Below, piece after piece: positions 1 through 8,789 of a stretch of 64,000 nt of DNA (position 1 is the stretch's first letter; each line of letters begins with the position of its first letter). The position numbers were made by a program, and so were the translations under genes. This stretch comes from a virus. A model generated the notes under the pieces. It had not been told where the DNA came from. It saw only the letters and a program-made list of their open reading frames with translations, and ran no database searches. Where the stretch lies: positions 1 to 64,000 of IMG/VR virus record IMGVR_UViG_3300032896_000001; one strand, given 5' to 3'.

Positions 1-489
1 CCTCCCCTGCAAGGAAGGCAGCAGCACTCGGGAAGCCATCTGCAACAGGCCCGCACTCAGACACGCACCGCCCGACCAGCACCAGCCCGAAGATGATCTC
101 CGCCACCTACAAAATTGACGCACACCCCCCTCGGCCGCCCCCGCGAGCCATGCCCGCGCCTCGTCGCACGCGCCGCCCGTCATGGCGTGATGGTGCGCCT
201 CCTGCCGGATCCGGCCGCCGTGCAGGTACCCGCAGGGCGCGTAGTCGGCTCGCTCGTCCTCGTCCATCCCCGCCCACTCGGCAGGGCAGGGCATCGTCCG
301 CAGCGGCCCCGGCCGCCAGAACACGACAAGCGCGCCGAAAGGAGGCAGGACGAGGGCGGCCGACTCGTCGCACCACTCGTTGGAGCCCCTGAAGGCGCAC
401 GGCTTCCACCAGTCGGTGACCGACCAAGGGAACCACCACTGCCAGCGGCGGCGGTAGACGCCGCCCTTGCGGAACGTGCCGTCACTCAG
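1..489 (-). CDS. Hypothetical Trp-rich protein, runs off the window edge; possible CTG start
   Basis: Manual translation (L)SDGTFRKGGVYRRRWQWWFPWSVTDWWKPCAFRG... with GC-rich third positions. No stop before position 1, so absent from the ORF track. Confidence 0.6.
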   Translation of the reverse strand, partial: MSDGTFRKGGVYRRRWQWWFPWSVTDWWKPCAFRGSNEWCDESAALVLPPFGALVVFWRPGPLRTMPCPAEWAGMDEDERADYAPCGYLHGGRIRQEAHHHAMTGGACDEARAWLAGAAEGGVRQFCRWRRSSSGWCWSGGACLSAGLLQMASRVLLPSLQGR

Positions 490-677
490 AAGATCACCTG
501 ATGCTCGTACAGCCCGGTTCCGCCGCAAGCGGGGTCCGGGTGCATCTCGCCGTCGCAGCCGGGTGTGCAGCATTGGATGGGGTCATCGCACTCGACCCAG
601 ATCTCACCTTCGCAGTGCGTGCAGCGCGGGTCGTCATCGTCGCCGTCATACGGGTCGTTGTCGATGTCCGTCGTCAT
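486..677 (-). CDS. Small acidic Cys-rich protein (zinc-finger-like)
   Basis: MTTDIDNDPYDG..CTHCEG..C..CC..C..ACGGTG; paralog at 32918-33109. Confidence 0.75.
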   Translation of the reverse strand: MTTDIDNDPYDGDDDDPRCTHCEGEIWVECDDPIQCCTPGCDGEMHPDPACGGTGLYEHQVIF

Positions 678-847
678 TCGGTACCCCACTCGTACCACCA
701 GGCTTCGGCGCAGTAATCGTGGCAGAACATGCGCCCGTCGTAGCTGACCTCCGGGTTAATGCTCCCGCACCAGGCGCAGGTTTCGTCGTGGTCGTCGTCC
801 AGGGCATCGTCTGCACCAAGGTAGTTTCCCCGGCTGCTCACGCTCAC
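674..847 (-). CDS. Small Cys-rich protein (TRASH/zinc-ribbon-like)
   Basis: CAWCG...FCHDYC; 4-bp overlaps with both neighbours; paralog at 33106-33279. Confidence 0.7.
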   Translation of the reverse strand: MSVSSRGNYLGADDALDDDHDETCAWCGSINPEVSYDGRMFCHDYCAEAWWYEWGTE

Positions 848-1014
848 GAGGCAGCCAGCTCGTCCGGGCAGTCCGCGCACGGCTCGCTGCCGAGGATAAG
901 CGGCTCGAAGTGGCACTTCTCGGCGCGGGACTCCCAGAACCAGCATGTTTCCCGGCTGTCGGGCGCCGGCTCGTCGTCCACCTCGTCGTCAAGGGTGCTA
1001 CGGCTGTCGGTCAT
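844..1014 (-). CDS. Small acidic Cys-rich protein
   Basis: MTDSRSTLDDE..CWFW..CHF..PCADCP; paralog at 33276-33446. Confidence 0.7.
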   Translation of the reverse strand: MTDSRSTLDDEVDDEPAPDSRETCWFWESRAEKCHFEPLILGSEPCADCPDELAAS

Positions 1015-1211
1015 GCCGGCATTCTCCCTGTTTCCCGCGCCCACGGCGCGATGTCCTCGTTCCAGTCCCATGCGTCCTGCCCGCTGACCGTCCACCGGGC
1101 GGCCGGCAGGAGGCCGCGCTGCTTCCACATCGCCACCGTCTCGCGGCGCACGCCGAGCCGGCCGGCCACCTCAAGGGCGCCGACCGGCTCGCAGGGGCGG
1201 GGCTGCGTCAC
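1011..1211 (-). CDS. AlpA/excisionase-like HTH regulator
   Basis: PVGALEVAGRLGVRRETVAMWKQRGLLP...WDW. Confidence 0.8.
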   Translation of the reverse strand: MTQPRPCEPVGALEVAGRLGVRRETVAMWKQRGLLPAARWTVSGQDAWDWNEDIAPWARETGRMPA

Positions 1212-1357
1212 AGTTCGCCGCGCTTTACGAGCTCGCACTGAGCCGCGAACCCGGCCGCCATGTGCGCCAGCTCGGCGCTCTCGGCGAGGGCGCGGAGCTG
1301 GGGGACGGTCAGGGTGGCCATGTACTCGGGGCTGTTGACGTCCATCGTGCGGGCCAT
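1208..1357 (-). CDS. Small hypothetical protein, first gene of a cassette
   Basis: GGAGGAG RBS, ATG at 1357, directly behind a promoter. Confidence 0.65.
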   Translation of the reverse strand: MARTMDVNSPEYMATLTVPQLRALAESAELAHMAAGFAAQCELVKRGEL

Positions 1358-1393
1358 TGCGGGCTCCTCCTGTAGTTCCTGCTGACAAGAACA

Positions 1394-1440
1394 ACTGTAT
1401 ACCCCGAATCTACAGCTTGTCAACCTCGGATCTACAGTTC
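1394..1440 (-). promoter_or_regulatory. SigA-like promoter with direct-repeat operator
   Basis: TTGACA-N18-TACAGT on the minus strand; two CTGTAGAT repeats flank the -35 box. Confidence 0.7.
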
Positions 1441-1449
1441 AGGACGCGC

Positions 1450-1875
1450 TCACGGGTTGGCCCGCTTCCACTCGCACCTGCGCATGGTGTGCCTACGGCC
1501 GAGCTCAGGCTCCCAGATCCCCGGCTTCCACGGGCCGGACGGCGTGTCCGACTCCGGAGTCATGGCGACGAGCGTGCCGCAGCACTCGCACCGGATCGGC
1601 TCGCCCCGGTCGCTCACTAGGACGAGGTACGGATACGACTCGTGCAGCGAGCGGAGGTCCTCGGCTACGTCCTCGTCGTTCTGCCCGGCCGGCGGCGGAT
1701 CCTGACGGCTGACCGTTCGAGCGATCTTCATGGTGCCTGACTCGAGCATGACGACGCCGGGCGGGATCTCGGGATCGACGCGGATGCCGTCGCGCAGCTG
1801 GCGCAGCCAGTCATAACGGGATACCCAGTTGCTCACGGCCGCCACTTTGCTCGCGGAGGGTGTCCGGTCAGTCAC
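1450..1875 (-). CDS. Hypothetical protein with C-terminal Cys/His motif
   Basis: ORF track, coupled to neighbour; CECCG...HTMRRC. Confidence 0.6.
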   Translation of the reverse strand: MTDRTPSASKVAAVSNWVSRYDWLRQLRDGIRVDPEIPPGVVMLESGTMKIARTVSRQDPPPAGQNDEDVAEDLRSLHESYPYLVLVSDRGEPIRCECCGTLVAMTPESDTPSGPWKPGIWEPELGRRHTMRRCEWKRANP

Positions 1876-2377
1876 GGGAAGGCTCCGGTTCGATCTCCCA
1901 GCCGGTCAGGAGGTTCACGGCGCGCGTCGGACGGTCCCCGTAGGTGTGAACGTGCGGGTAGCCGAGGTCTTGCCCGCAGTCCTCCCCGTCGCACCACCAG
2001 CGTTCATCGGCGGTGAACTCGGAGACCCGCTTGACCTTGCCGTCCGGGTCCACGGCCATGCGGTCGTCAACGACAGCCGCCGCCGTGTGCTTGATGACTT
2101 CCGGCGGCTCGGGCTCGTCATCGAAGTCGGCCGGCTGCGTCATGCTCGCTGGGCGCAGATCAGTTCCGGGCCAGGCGGCCTCGCCGCGCTTGACGCGCCC
2201 GCCGAGCCGCATCAGGCTGGCGAGAGCCCGGTCGATGGCGCGCCGGTCAACGGCCGGGAGCTCGTGCCGCCATGCGATCTTCGCACTGCCGAGGTGATCG
2301 GCGACCGACCACAGCTGCTCGGCCAGGCGGTCGCGCTGCTGCTGCTCAGTCTCGGCCGAAGCCGCCGGCGACGTCAC
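1868..2377 (-). CDS. Hypothetical protein
   Basis: GTG start overlapping the upstream stop; GC-rich third positions. Confidence 0.55.
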   Translation of the reverse strand: MTSPAASAETEQQQRDRLAEQLWSVADHLGSAKIAWRHELPAVDRRAIDRALASLMRLGGRVKRGEAAWPGTDLRPASMTQPADFDDEPEPPEVIKHTAAAVVDDRMAVDPDGKVKRVSEFTADERWWCDGEDCGQDLGYPHVHTYGDRPTRAVNLLTGWEIEPEPSRD

Positions 2378-2757
2378 CGGCCCCGCCTTCTCCTGGCGAG
2401 GCTTCTCCGCCTGTACTCCAGTCTCATCGCCGAGCCCTCCAGGCGCCTCGCCTCGATCGCGGGCTGCAACGCCGCGGCGAGCCCGCACATCGACTTGCAC
2501 GCCTCAACCAGGATCGGCCGCATCGCCTCCGCAAGCCCCCGCATCGAAGCCATGTACGCCTCGGCGGCCCCGATCGCCCACGCCAGGGTCCGCGCCTCGA
2601 TGTCGGTCACGGCGTCCATCTCGAGGGACCCCTCCGCCGTCGCGGCCCGGTTCTCCGGCGGCGCCCACCGCATCGCGTCGTTGCTGGTCTCGTAGTCCCG
2701 GAGCGCGCCGTCGATCGAGTCGAGGACGCCGGAGGTGCTGTCGGTCATGCAGGTCAT
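2374..2757 (-). CDS. Hypothetical phage protein
   Basis: LDSIDGALRDYETSNDAMRWAP; tightly packed in the operon. Confidence 0.65.
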   Translation of the reverse strand: MTCMTDSTSGVLDSIDGALRDYETSNDAMRWAPPENRAATAEGSLEMDAVTDIEARTLAWAIGAAEAYMASMRGLAEAMRPILVEACKSMCGLAAALQPAIEARRLEGSAMRLEYRRRSLARRRRGR

Positions 2758-2761
2758 TCTC

Positions 2762-3265
2762 CTAGATCGCCGACGCGCGCTCGCGCCTCAGCTGCGCGAT
2801 CTCGGCCCGCAGCCTCTCGGCTTCGGCGCGCAGCTCGTCCCGCTCGGCCTCGGCTTTCCGCCGCGCCTCGTGCGGGGTGAGCTTCCCGACCTTCTGCACG
2901 ACGAACGAGTACCGCTGCGCGTCCTCGGGGATCTTGAAGTCCCATTCCAGCGTGGTCTCGGAGTAGTTCTCAGCCCCTTCGAGCAGCGCCCGGGCGGCGC
3001 CGACCCAGTAGGCGATCATGTCCCGCGCTGGCTCGATCTCCAGGTGGGCGCCGTTGCGGAAATCCATTGACCGCAAGTTCGTCTTGCTGATGTGGTCGGC
3101 GCACAGAGCGCGGACGCACTCGTCGTCTATCACCGAGAGAACGGCGTCGGTGACCTCTTCCGCCAGGTTCTCGATCTGCTCGGCGTCCTCGAGGACTTCG
3201 GTCACCGCCCGGAGCGCGTCGGAACGGAGCGTTTCCCAGTCTCGCGGTTCGTCGGCCGTGGTCAT
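2762..3265 (-). CDS. Hypothetical phage protein with coiled-coil C-terminus
   Basis: ENYSE...VQKVGKLTPHEARRKAEAE. Confidence 0.7.
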   Translation of the reverse strand: MTTADEPRDWETLRSDALRAVTEVLEDAEQIENLAEEVTDAVLSVIDDECVRALCADHISKTNLRSMDFRNGAHLEIEPARDMIAYWVGAARALLEGAENYSETTLEWDFKIPEDAQRYSFVVQKVGKLTPHEARRKAEAERDELRAEAERLRAEIAQLRRERASAI

Positions 3266-4362
3266 CGGGCCATCCTCTCGCACAGCGCCTCATGCCGGCG
3301 GACGGCGCGGCGCTGGACTACCGCGCTCACGACGACCGCCGCGGCGATGAGCGCCGACGGCAGGCCGAGCGCGAGCGGGACGCTGCCGGCCCACGCCCAC
3401 AGCAGCGGAGCGCCCGCCGATGCCAGGACCGACACGGCCCCGACGCCGATCAGGGTCCAGTTGCAGACACGGCCGACGCGGGCGTTGGACCGCAGGATCT
3501 CGTTCACGCGCTCATCCCGGCCAAACAAGGCGCGGCCTGGCCATGCGCGAGCGCATCGCCGCATCCGCCAGCACCCTGACGGCAACCGGCGGCGGGCACG
3601 CCCGGATCGCCTTCATCGCCTCGATGACCTGATGGCGGGTCTCGGGGTCCATCTTGAGCAGGGTGTCGCGGATGAGCTCGAAATCGCCCTGCCGGTCTTC
3701 GGTAGCCATGGGCCCCATCTTCTCAGCCGAGCAGGTGCGCGGGCGGAAGCTCGCCGAGCGGCACGACGACGGGCTCTGGTTCGAGGGCGCGCGGGCCGCC
3801 GGGGTAGACGGGATGGCGGGCGTAGTAGCGGACGAGGGCGACAGGACCGTCCGGCGTCTGGTAGAACTCGGCGCGCAGGGCCTCATTGGCGCGGTCGATG
3901 TGCGCCTTGGCCCACTCGATCTTCTCGTAGACGTTGCGGTCCACCCAGCCGGGAGTGTGCGGCCCCCATGCGGCGAGCGGCTCCAGGCCCTCCGGGATGG
4001 TCACGACTTGCCCTCCCCCAGGATGCGCCGCACCTCGGCGATGGGGATCTTGAACCGGCGGGCGATGAGCATCCGCCAGTTGGTGACTCCCGGAAGGTTG
4101 CCGCCGTACTCGTTCTGCTGACGGTAGAAGCCGTTGCGGGCGCTCCGCTTCATGGCCCGGACGCGCTGCTCGACGCTCACCGCCGCCCCCGCTTCCTGCC
4201 GCCGAGGGACTCCGACATCCCCAGCCACCCACGGCGGCCGACCCTGACTCCCTCCCATGCCCTCGCCCGGCCCCTGCCGAGAGGGACGCTCGCGCCGACC
4301 CGGAACGGACCGAAGCCGACCGACCCGCCGATGCGGAAGGTCGCGCGCCTGCGTCGCGTCAT
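3262..4362 (-). other. Cluster of about five small overlapping early ORFs, one with two transmembrane segments
   Basis: ORF track stops at 3262, 3512, 3723, 4001, 4177; start codons uncertain. Confidence 0.55.
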
Positions 4363-4811
4363 GACTCGCCGCCTTCCCGCAGAATCCGCTCCACGATCGG
4401 GGCTATCTGGCTGACGTAGATCTCGATCACCTTCCCGTCGTCGGCGTCCCAGTCCGAGATCGCGGCAGCCTCGAGCGCCTTCGCGATGGCATGCGCCTGT
4501 CCGGCCGTCTTCTCGGTCACAGGTCGCGCCCAGTCGAGCACCTCCTTCAGAGCCCGCGCTCGGGGGGTCTCCTCGGGTGATTCCACCGGCTCGAATTCCA
4601 TGCACTTGTCGCAGCCGCAGTGAGCCGGGGTCGGCGCGAACGGCGGCACAACCCACGCTTCGACGGCTTGGGCGGCCGCCTCGAAGCCCTCGCGCGCCAG
4701 CGGGTCCATGTCGTCCCACGCGACGCGCTGGCGTCGGTCGTTGAAGCCGTAGATGCCGCCGCCGCCAGCCTCGTAGGCGATCTGGCCCAGTGTCTTTTCC
4801 TCGCTCACCAC
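4359..4811 (-). CDS. Hypothetical protein
   Basis: KTLGQIAYEA...HCGCDKC. Confidence 0.65.
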   Translation of the reverse strand: MVSEEKTLGQIAYEAGGGGIYGFNDRRQRVAWDDMDPLAREGFEAAAQAVEAWVVPPFAPTPAHCGCDKCMEFEPVESPEETPRARALKEVLDWARPVTEKTAGQAHAIAKALEAAAISDWDADDGKVIEIYVSQIAPIVERILREGGES

Positions 4812-5056
4812 GCGACCCCTGTCCCGTTGGCGAGCATCGCCTCAAGTGTGTCGTCTGAGGCGTCCTCAATCCCGGCGATCATCCGCTGGCGGAGGTAGCC
4901 AAGAACAAGTGCCCGCATGTCTGCGAACGGGACCTCAAGCTCAAAGCGCCCGTCTTCGAGAACCTCGCCCTTGCGGGCGCGAATCTGGACGGGGCCGCTG
5001 TAGTCGCCGTTGTGGATGAACACCGTCCCGCCGGCAGTCTCGGTCGTGTGGCTCAT
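4805..5056 (-). CDS. Hypothetical phage protein
   Basis: MSHT...FIHNGDYSG; ATGA overlap with the HTH gene. Confidence 0.7.
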   Translation of the reverse strand: MSHTTETAGGTVFIHNGDYSGPVQIRARKGEVLEDGRFELEVPFADMRALVLGYLRQRMIAGIEDASDDTLEAMLANGTGVAW

Positions 5057-5298
5057 GGCTTGCCCTCCGTTGTCGTTGCCTGCTGGTTCTTCGGCCTGCG
5101 CCCCGCCTTGCGCGGGGTGGCCAGATACTCAAGAACATCCGCCTCCCGCCAGACCGGCCCCATGGCGAGCCGGGCGACGGGCTCGGGGAAGTCATGGCGC
5201 TTGGACACCTCGCCGGCCCTCGGCCGGGACACGCCCGCGAGGGCGGCTATCTCGGCCACCCCCGCGAGCGGCGGGACGGGCGCCCGCTTGCCCGGCAC
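5053..5298 (-). CDS. AlpA-like HTH regulator
   Basis: LAGVAEIAALAGVSR...DFPEPVARLAMGPVW; paralog of 33655-33903. Confidence 0.85.
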   Translation of the reverse strand: MPGKRAPVPPLAGVAEIAALAGVSRPRAGEVSKRHDFPEPVARLAMGPVWREADVLEYLATPRKAGRRPKNQQATTTEGKP

Positions 5299-5299
5299 G

Positions 5300-5548
5300 T
5301 CAGGCGACCCACTGGGCGGGGCACATGACCAGCGCGTTCGGGAAGTCCTTGGGACAGTCGTCGAACTTGTGGCGGAGCCACGGCTTGCCGGCGAACGTGA
5401 GGTGCTCGACCTTGGCGGCGGGCAGGGTCACGTGGACCCTCCCACTGTCGTCGGCGCGCCCGTTGTGGCGCTTGATCCACGCGGCGTCCTTGGTGCGGAG
5501 GGCGAACCCGGTGGTGTCCGCGGGTGCCGCGGTCTGCGTCGTCGTCAT
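5300..5548 (-). CDS. Small leaderless hypothetical protein (MTTTQT...)
   Basis: ATG 6 nt downstream of the -10 box. Confidence 0.7.
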   Translation of the reverse strand: MTTTQTAAPADTTGFALRTKDAAWIKRHNGRADDSGRVHVTLPAAKVEHLTFAGKPWLRHKFDDCPKDFPNALVMCPAQWVA

Positions 5549-5554
5549 GTCTTC

Positions 5555-5583
5555 AAAGCACATCATCAGGGGGATAACGTCAA
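5555..5583 (-). promoter_or_regulatory. SigA-like leaderless promoter
   Basis: TTGACG-N17-TGCTTT-N6-ATG. Confidence 0.65.
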
Positions 5584-5589
5584 GGTATT

Positions 5590-6129
5590 TCACGACGCCT
5601 CCAGATCGAACAGCGTCGGCTGCCACCCGGGGACCGGGACCGCCTCGGGCATCCGCTCCGACCGCCGGCCGACCCGTCGGCCGGGCAGCTGCTGGAACGC
5701 CCAGAGCCCGTCCTCCTGCGTGAACCCGACATGCGACCACCCGGCCCGCCGGTAGCACCAGCCGGGAACGTCCTTCGGCTCCGTCTTCGACGCGTCGACG
5801 AACGAGACGATCCCGAGGTCCGGCACCTGCGGCCACTTCGCCCGGGTGTGAGCGACCGCCCAGCGGATCAGGTCCGACGACCGCATGCCACCCTCGTTGC
5901 GGAACAGCGAGTTGACGAACGCGCCCGCCCACGCATGCCGGGCGTACTCCGCGAACGGCCACGACGTGATCCACGCCGCCGACCCGTCGAACGTCTTCAG
6001 CACCAGGCACCGCCCCGGCGGGACGAACTGCGCCGCCCCCGGCTTCTGCCGGTTGTAATGCCGGTCCGCGATCGCCCGCGTAACCGGGTCGGCCCGCCAC
6101 GACAGCCGCCACGGGGACTCGCCAGTCAT
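5590..6129 (-). CDS. Mom/XF1762-like GNAT-fold putative DNA-modification protein
   Basis: N-terminal RHY and C-terminal IVSFVD...PGWCYRRAGWSHVGFT, resembling the Mom-family signature; RBS GAAAGGA. Confidence 0.55.
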   Translation of the reverse strand: MTGESPWRLSWRADPVTRAIADRHYNRQKPGAAQFVPPGRCLVLKTFDGSAAWITSWPFAEYARHAWAGAFVNSLFRNEGGMRSSDLIRWAVAHTRAKWPQVPDLGIVSFVDASKTEPKDVPGWCYRRAGWSHVGFTQEDGLWAFQQLPGRRVGRRSERMPEAVPVPGWQPTLFDLEAS

Positions 6130-6147
6130 ACGCCCATCCTTTCCCGA

Positions 6148-6798
6148 TCATGCTGCCGAACTGTCCGGACGCCTCGCGCGCCCGCGCGTACTACCCGCAG
6201 TGGTGCTCTCTGCGTCGTTGGTGGGGAAGTGGGGAGCGTCGTCAGCCACTCCCCCCGGTCCATCGGGAAATCGCCGGTCTTGCGATTTTGCGATGGGTTG
6301 CCCTTGATCTTGGGGTTGATCTTGTTCTTTAGGGTCGGGAGGGCGATAGCCCGACCCGTCCCGTCCCGGGTAATGTGTTTCGTTGCGCATGTCGTCGCGC
6401 GTCTCGTAATGCATTACATCGCGCGTTACGGCCAGGCAGTTCCCGGCGATGCAGATCGAGTGATCCCCTGCCTTGTGCAGCCGGGAGCGCCGCACCCGAA
6501 GCGCGTTCGCCTCTTTCCGCTGGACGACGACGACGCGCTCCAGCTGCCACTCCGCGAAGCGCAGGCCGACGTTCCAGCGGTCACCCTCGTCGGCCCACCA
6601 GTCCTTCGCGACCAGGCCCTCGACCGCGGCCTCCACATCCGGCGACTCGGCGAACTTCCGCAGGTCGCGCTTGGGGATCAGCAGGTCAAGGCCGCGCCGG
6701 TTCGACCAGATGAGGGCATCAGTGTGGGTGCGGTACTCGGCGTCGGTCAGGTCCCGCGCCTCGTCGCTGTACTCGTCGCCGAGTTTCGTCCACGTCAC
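6148..6798 (-). CDS. Putative phage replication initiator (O/RepA-like)
   Basis: N-terminus TWTKLGDEY...AEYRTHTDALIWSNR, coiled segment KEANALRVRRSR, then a repeat-bearing linker. Confidence 0.6.
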   Translation of the reverse strand: MTWTKLGDEYSDEARDLTDAEYRTHTDALIWSNRRGLDLLIPKRDLRKFAESPDVEAAVEGLVAKDWWADEGDRWNVGLRFAEWQLERVVVVQRKEANALRVRRSRLHKAGDHSICIAGNCLAVTRDVMHYETRDDMRNETHYPGRDGSGYRPPDPKEQDQPQDQGQPIAKSQDRRFPDGPGGVADDAPHFPTNDAESTTAGSTRGRARRPDSSAA

Positions 6799-6930
6799 GG
6801 CATCACCCGGCCGCCCGCAGGCGCCGGGCGCTGGCCCCAAAAGATCCACGCCGGGCATGACCGCGCCGCGTGCGGGCACATAGAATGAGAAATCATGGGT
6901 CCGGCCTCTCTGGAAGGTTCGGATTTCATA

Positions 6931-6967
6931 GAAGCCGCCGCGGCGTCGCAAGCGCCGCGGCGGCTTC
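6931..6967 (-). terminator. GC-rich hairpin terminator
   Basis: GAAGCCGCCGCGGCG / CGCCGCGGCGGCTTC inverted repeat just after the XRE stop codon. Confidence 0.75.
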
Positions 6968-6974
6968 GTTCTCG

Positions 6975-7844
6975 TTAGGGGTTGCGCAGGTCGCCTAGCG
7001 CCCGCCGGATGATCGCCTCAGCCTCGTCCCCGGTGCTGGCCGCCTGGCGCAGCTCGTTGAACGCCTCGAGGAACGCCGCCACCTCGTCGCTGTCGCCGTC
7101 GGCGGTGTAGTTCTGCTCGGCGACGATCGACTCCGTGACCGCCAGCTCGTTGTCGTAGACGCGGAAGCCGAGCGGGTAGACGGGCATCTTCCGCCCGAAC
7201 TCGATGACGCCGAGCTCGAGCGACGGCAGCCGCAGCACCGACAGCAGCTTCCCGAGCTGCCCGGCGAGGATCTCCGGCGGCACGACGCGGGTCCGGAGGG
7301 CGCCCTCGCCGAGGATGATCTGAACGCGCTTCCCCGGGTCGTGGAGGATTTCCTGGCGTCGCAGCCGCGCGTTCACCGCGGCGTCGAGCGCGCCCTCATC
7401 GTCATCCCAGGTGCGCACCCCGGAGGGGAGGCTCATGAGCTCGCGGGCGTACTCCGCGGTCTGGAGAAGGCCGGGGATGAGCGCCACCTGGAACTCGCCG
7501 ATCCTCGTCGCCTGCTCTTCGACGCGCCGCACCTGGTCCTGGTACGCGGCCGCGCCGCTTCTGCGGAGCACGGCGCTGAACGCCTGCTCGCCTCGCGCCT
7601 CGGCTAGTGCTTCCATCAGCCTCTCGGCCTCCTGTTCGTTTCCGGTCTCCCGGGCCCACGCCCGGATGTCTTGTTCGGTGGGCAGCAGGACCCGGTTCTC
7701 GATCTTCCAGACGCGCGACTGGACGACTCCCATCTGCTTCGCCAGCGCGTTGCCTGACAATCCCGCCGCCGCGCGCATCTCGGTGAGACGCGCGGCGAGG
7801 GCGGCCCGGGCCGTGTTGCCGGGCTTAGACGGCGGGATTGTCAA
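6975..7844 (-). CDS. XRE-family HTH + DUF5753 regulator
   Basis: RLTEMRAAAGLSGNALAKQMG...KIEN and IPGLLQTAEYAR...RLRRQEIL...GEGALR; start uncertain (TTG 7844). Confidence 0.88.
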   Translation of the reverse strand: MTIPPSKPGNTARAALAARLTEMRAAAGLSGNALAKQMGVVQSRVWKIENRVLLPTEQDIRAWARETGNEQEAERLMEALAEARGEQAFSAVLRRSGAAAYQDQVRRVEEQATRIGEFQVALIPGLLQTAEYARELMSLPSGVRTWDDDEGALDAAVNARLRRQEILHDPGKRVQIILGEGALRTRVVPPEILAGQLGKLLSVLRLPSLELGVIEFGRKMPVYPLGFRVYDNELAVTESIVAEQNYTADGDSDEVAAFLEAFNELRQAASTGDEAEAIIRRALGDLRNP

Positions 7845-7854
7845 GGCGTGTTCC

Positions 7855-8580
7855 CTACTGCGCCAGACGGCACTGGAGATCCGGGCGGGACGTGATGTAA
7901 GCACGCCAAGGAATAGCACCCTGGAGGGCCGCGTCGCGCGCACGGCACGCTTCCACGATCCGCTGCGGGTCGCTGACCCGGGTCGCGCCGGCCCATGAGC
8001 CGTCCGTGTTGTACCGCATGAGGTAAAGCCTGCTGGAGTCGAACAGCCAGAAGTCGGCGTGGGGCACGCCGGCCGGCCACTCGTCCGTGACGGGGATGAT
8101 GCCGATCTCCTCGCCGGCCGCCGCGTTTCCCGGGTACCCCTCGGTGAGCTCTTCCCGCATGGAGGAGGTGAGGGGCTCGGTGACGACGTGGACGCGCTGG
8201 TGGGTCTTGCCCCACCGGCGGTTCGCCTTGACGAGCGCCGCCCATTCGGGGGCCGGGCCGGTCCCCTCGTAGTGCTGGAGCTGCTCGAGGCGGAACGCCG
8301 ACCAGGAGAACGTCTCGAACTGCGCGCCGAACTCGGCCGCGTCCACGTCCTCGTCGCGAGGCTGTAGAGCCTCGCTGACGGTCGCGCGCTTGATGATGAC
8401 GGCGTTCTCGTCGCCGGCGACCCCGGTGAGCCGCCCGAGCAGGTCAGGGCCTGCCTGCTTGCCCTGGACCACCAGGTCTCCGGGCAGTTCGTCCAGGTCG
8501 TAGACGGCGGGGCAGGAGCCCCCGGTGCAGCCGTCCCGGGCGAGCATTCGAGGATGCATGGCGCGATCCTTCCTATCCAT
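7855..8580 (-). CDS. DUF6879-family protein with fused small N-terminal domain
   Basis: SAFRLEQLQHY...RVHVVTEPL...AGEEI...DFWLFD; N-terminus CPAVY...LVVQG. Confidence 0.75.
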   Translation of the reverse strand: MDRKDRAMHPRMLARDGCTGGSCPAVYDLDELPGDLVVQGKQAGPDLLGRLTGVAGDENAVIIKRATVSEALQPRDEDVDAAEFGAQFETFSWSAFRLEQLQHYEGTGPAPEWAALVKANRRWGKTHQRVHVVTEPLTSSMREELTEGYPGNAAAGEEIGIIPVTDEWPAGVPHADFWLFDSSRLYLMRYNTDGSWAGATRVSDPQRIVEACRARDAALQGAIPWRAYITSRPDLQCRLAQ

Positions 8581-8789
8581 GGATTATCCACACCAGCATC
8601 GTGCCGCCGGCCCCAGAGGGTCAAGCCGTCTCGTGCGATCGGACCGCGCCATGCCCCTGACCTGTCCCTTCCGTTAATCCCAAAGTAAACCATGAGAGCG
8701 CTTGACGCTAGGTTAACGGTTTGGTTCACTGGGAGGTGTCAGGCGGTTGCAGCGCCTGACGCGCCAGCCGAGCGAGAGGAGCCAGCCGG

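Larger units (their letters stand above)
483..1014. repeat. Copy 1 of a 532-bp three-gene block
   Basis: Colinear with 32915-33446 at offset 32432, no indels, about 90% identical by eye. Confidence 0.95.

Noticed and set aside
1450-1875. Possible capsid-fragment mimic (IRVDPEIPPGVVML versus capsid IEVHVSLPPGTII)
   Set aside because: Match is too short and weak to support by eye.
6975-8729. 584-aa ORF as a single protein
   Set aside because: The upstream half overlaps the DUF6879 gene in another frame and is not protein-like; the real XRE start is near 7844.
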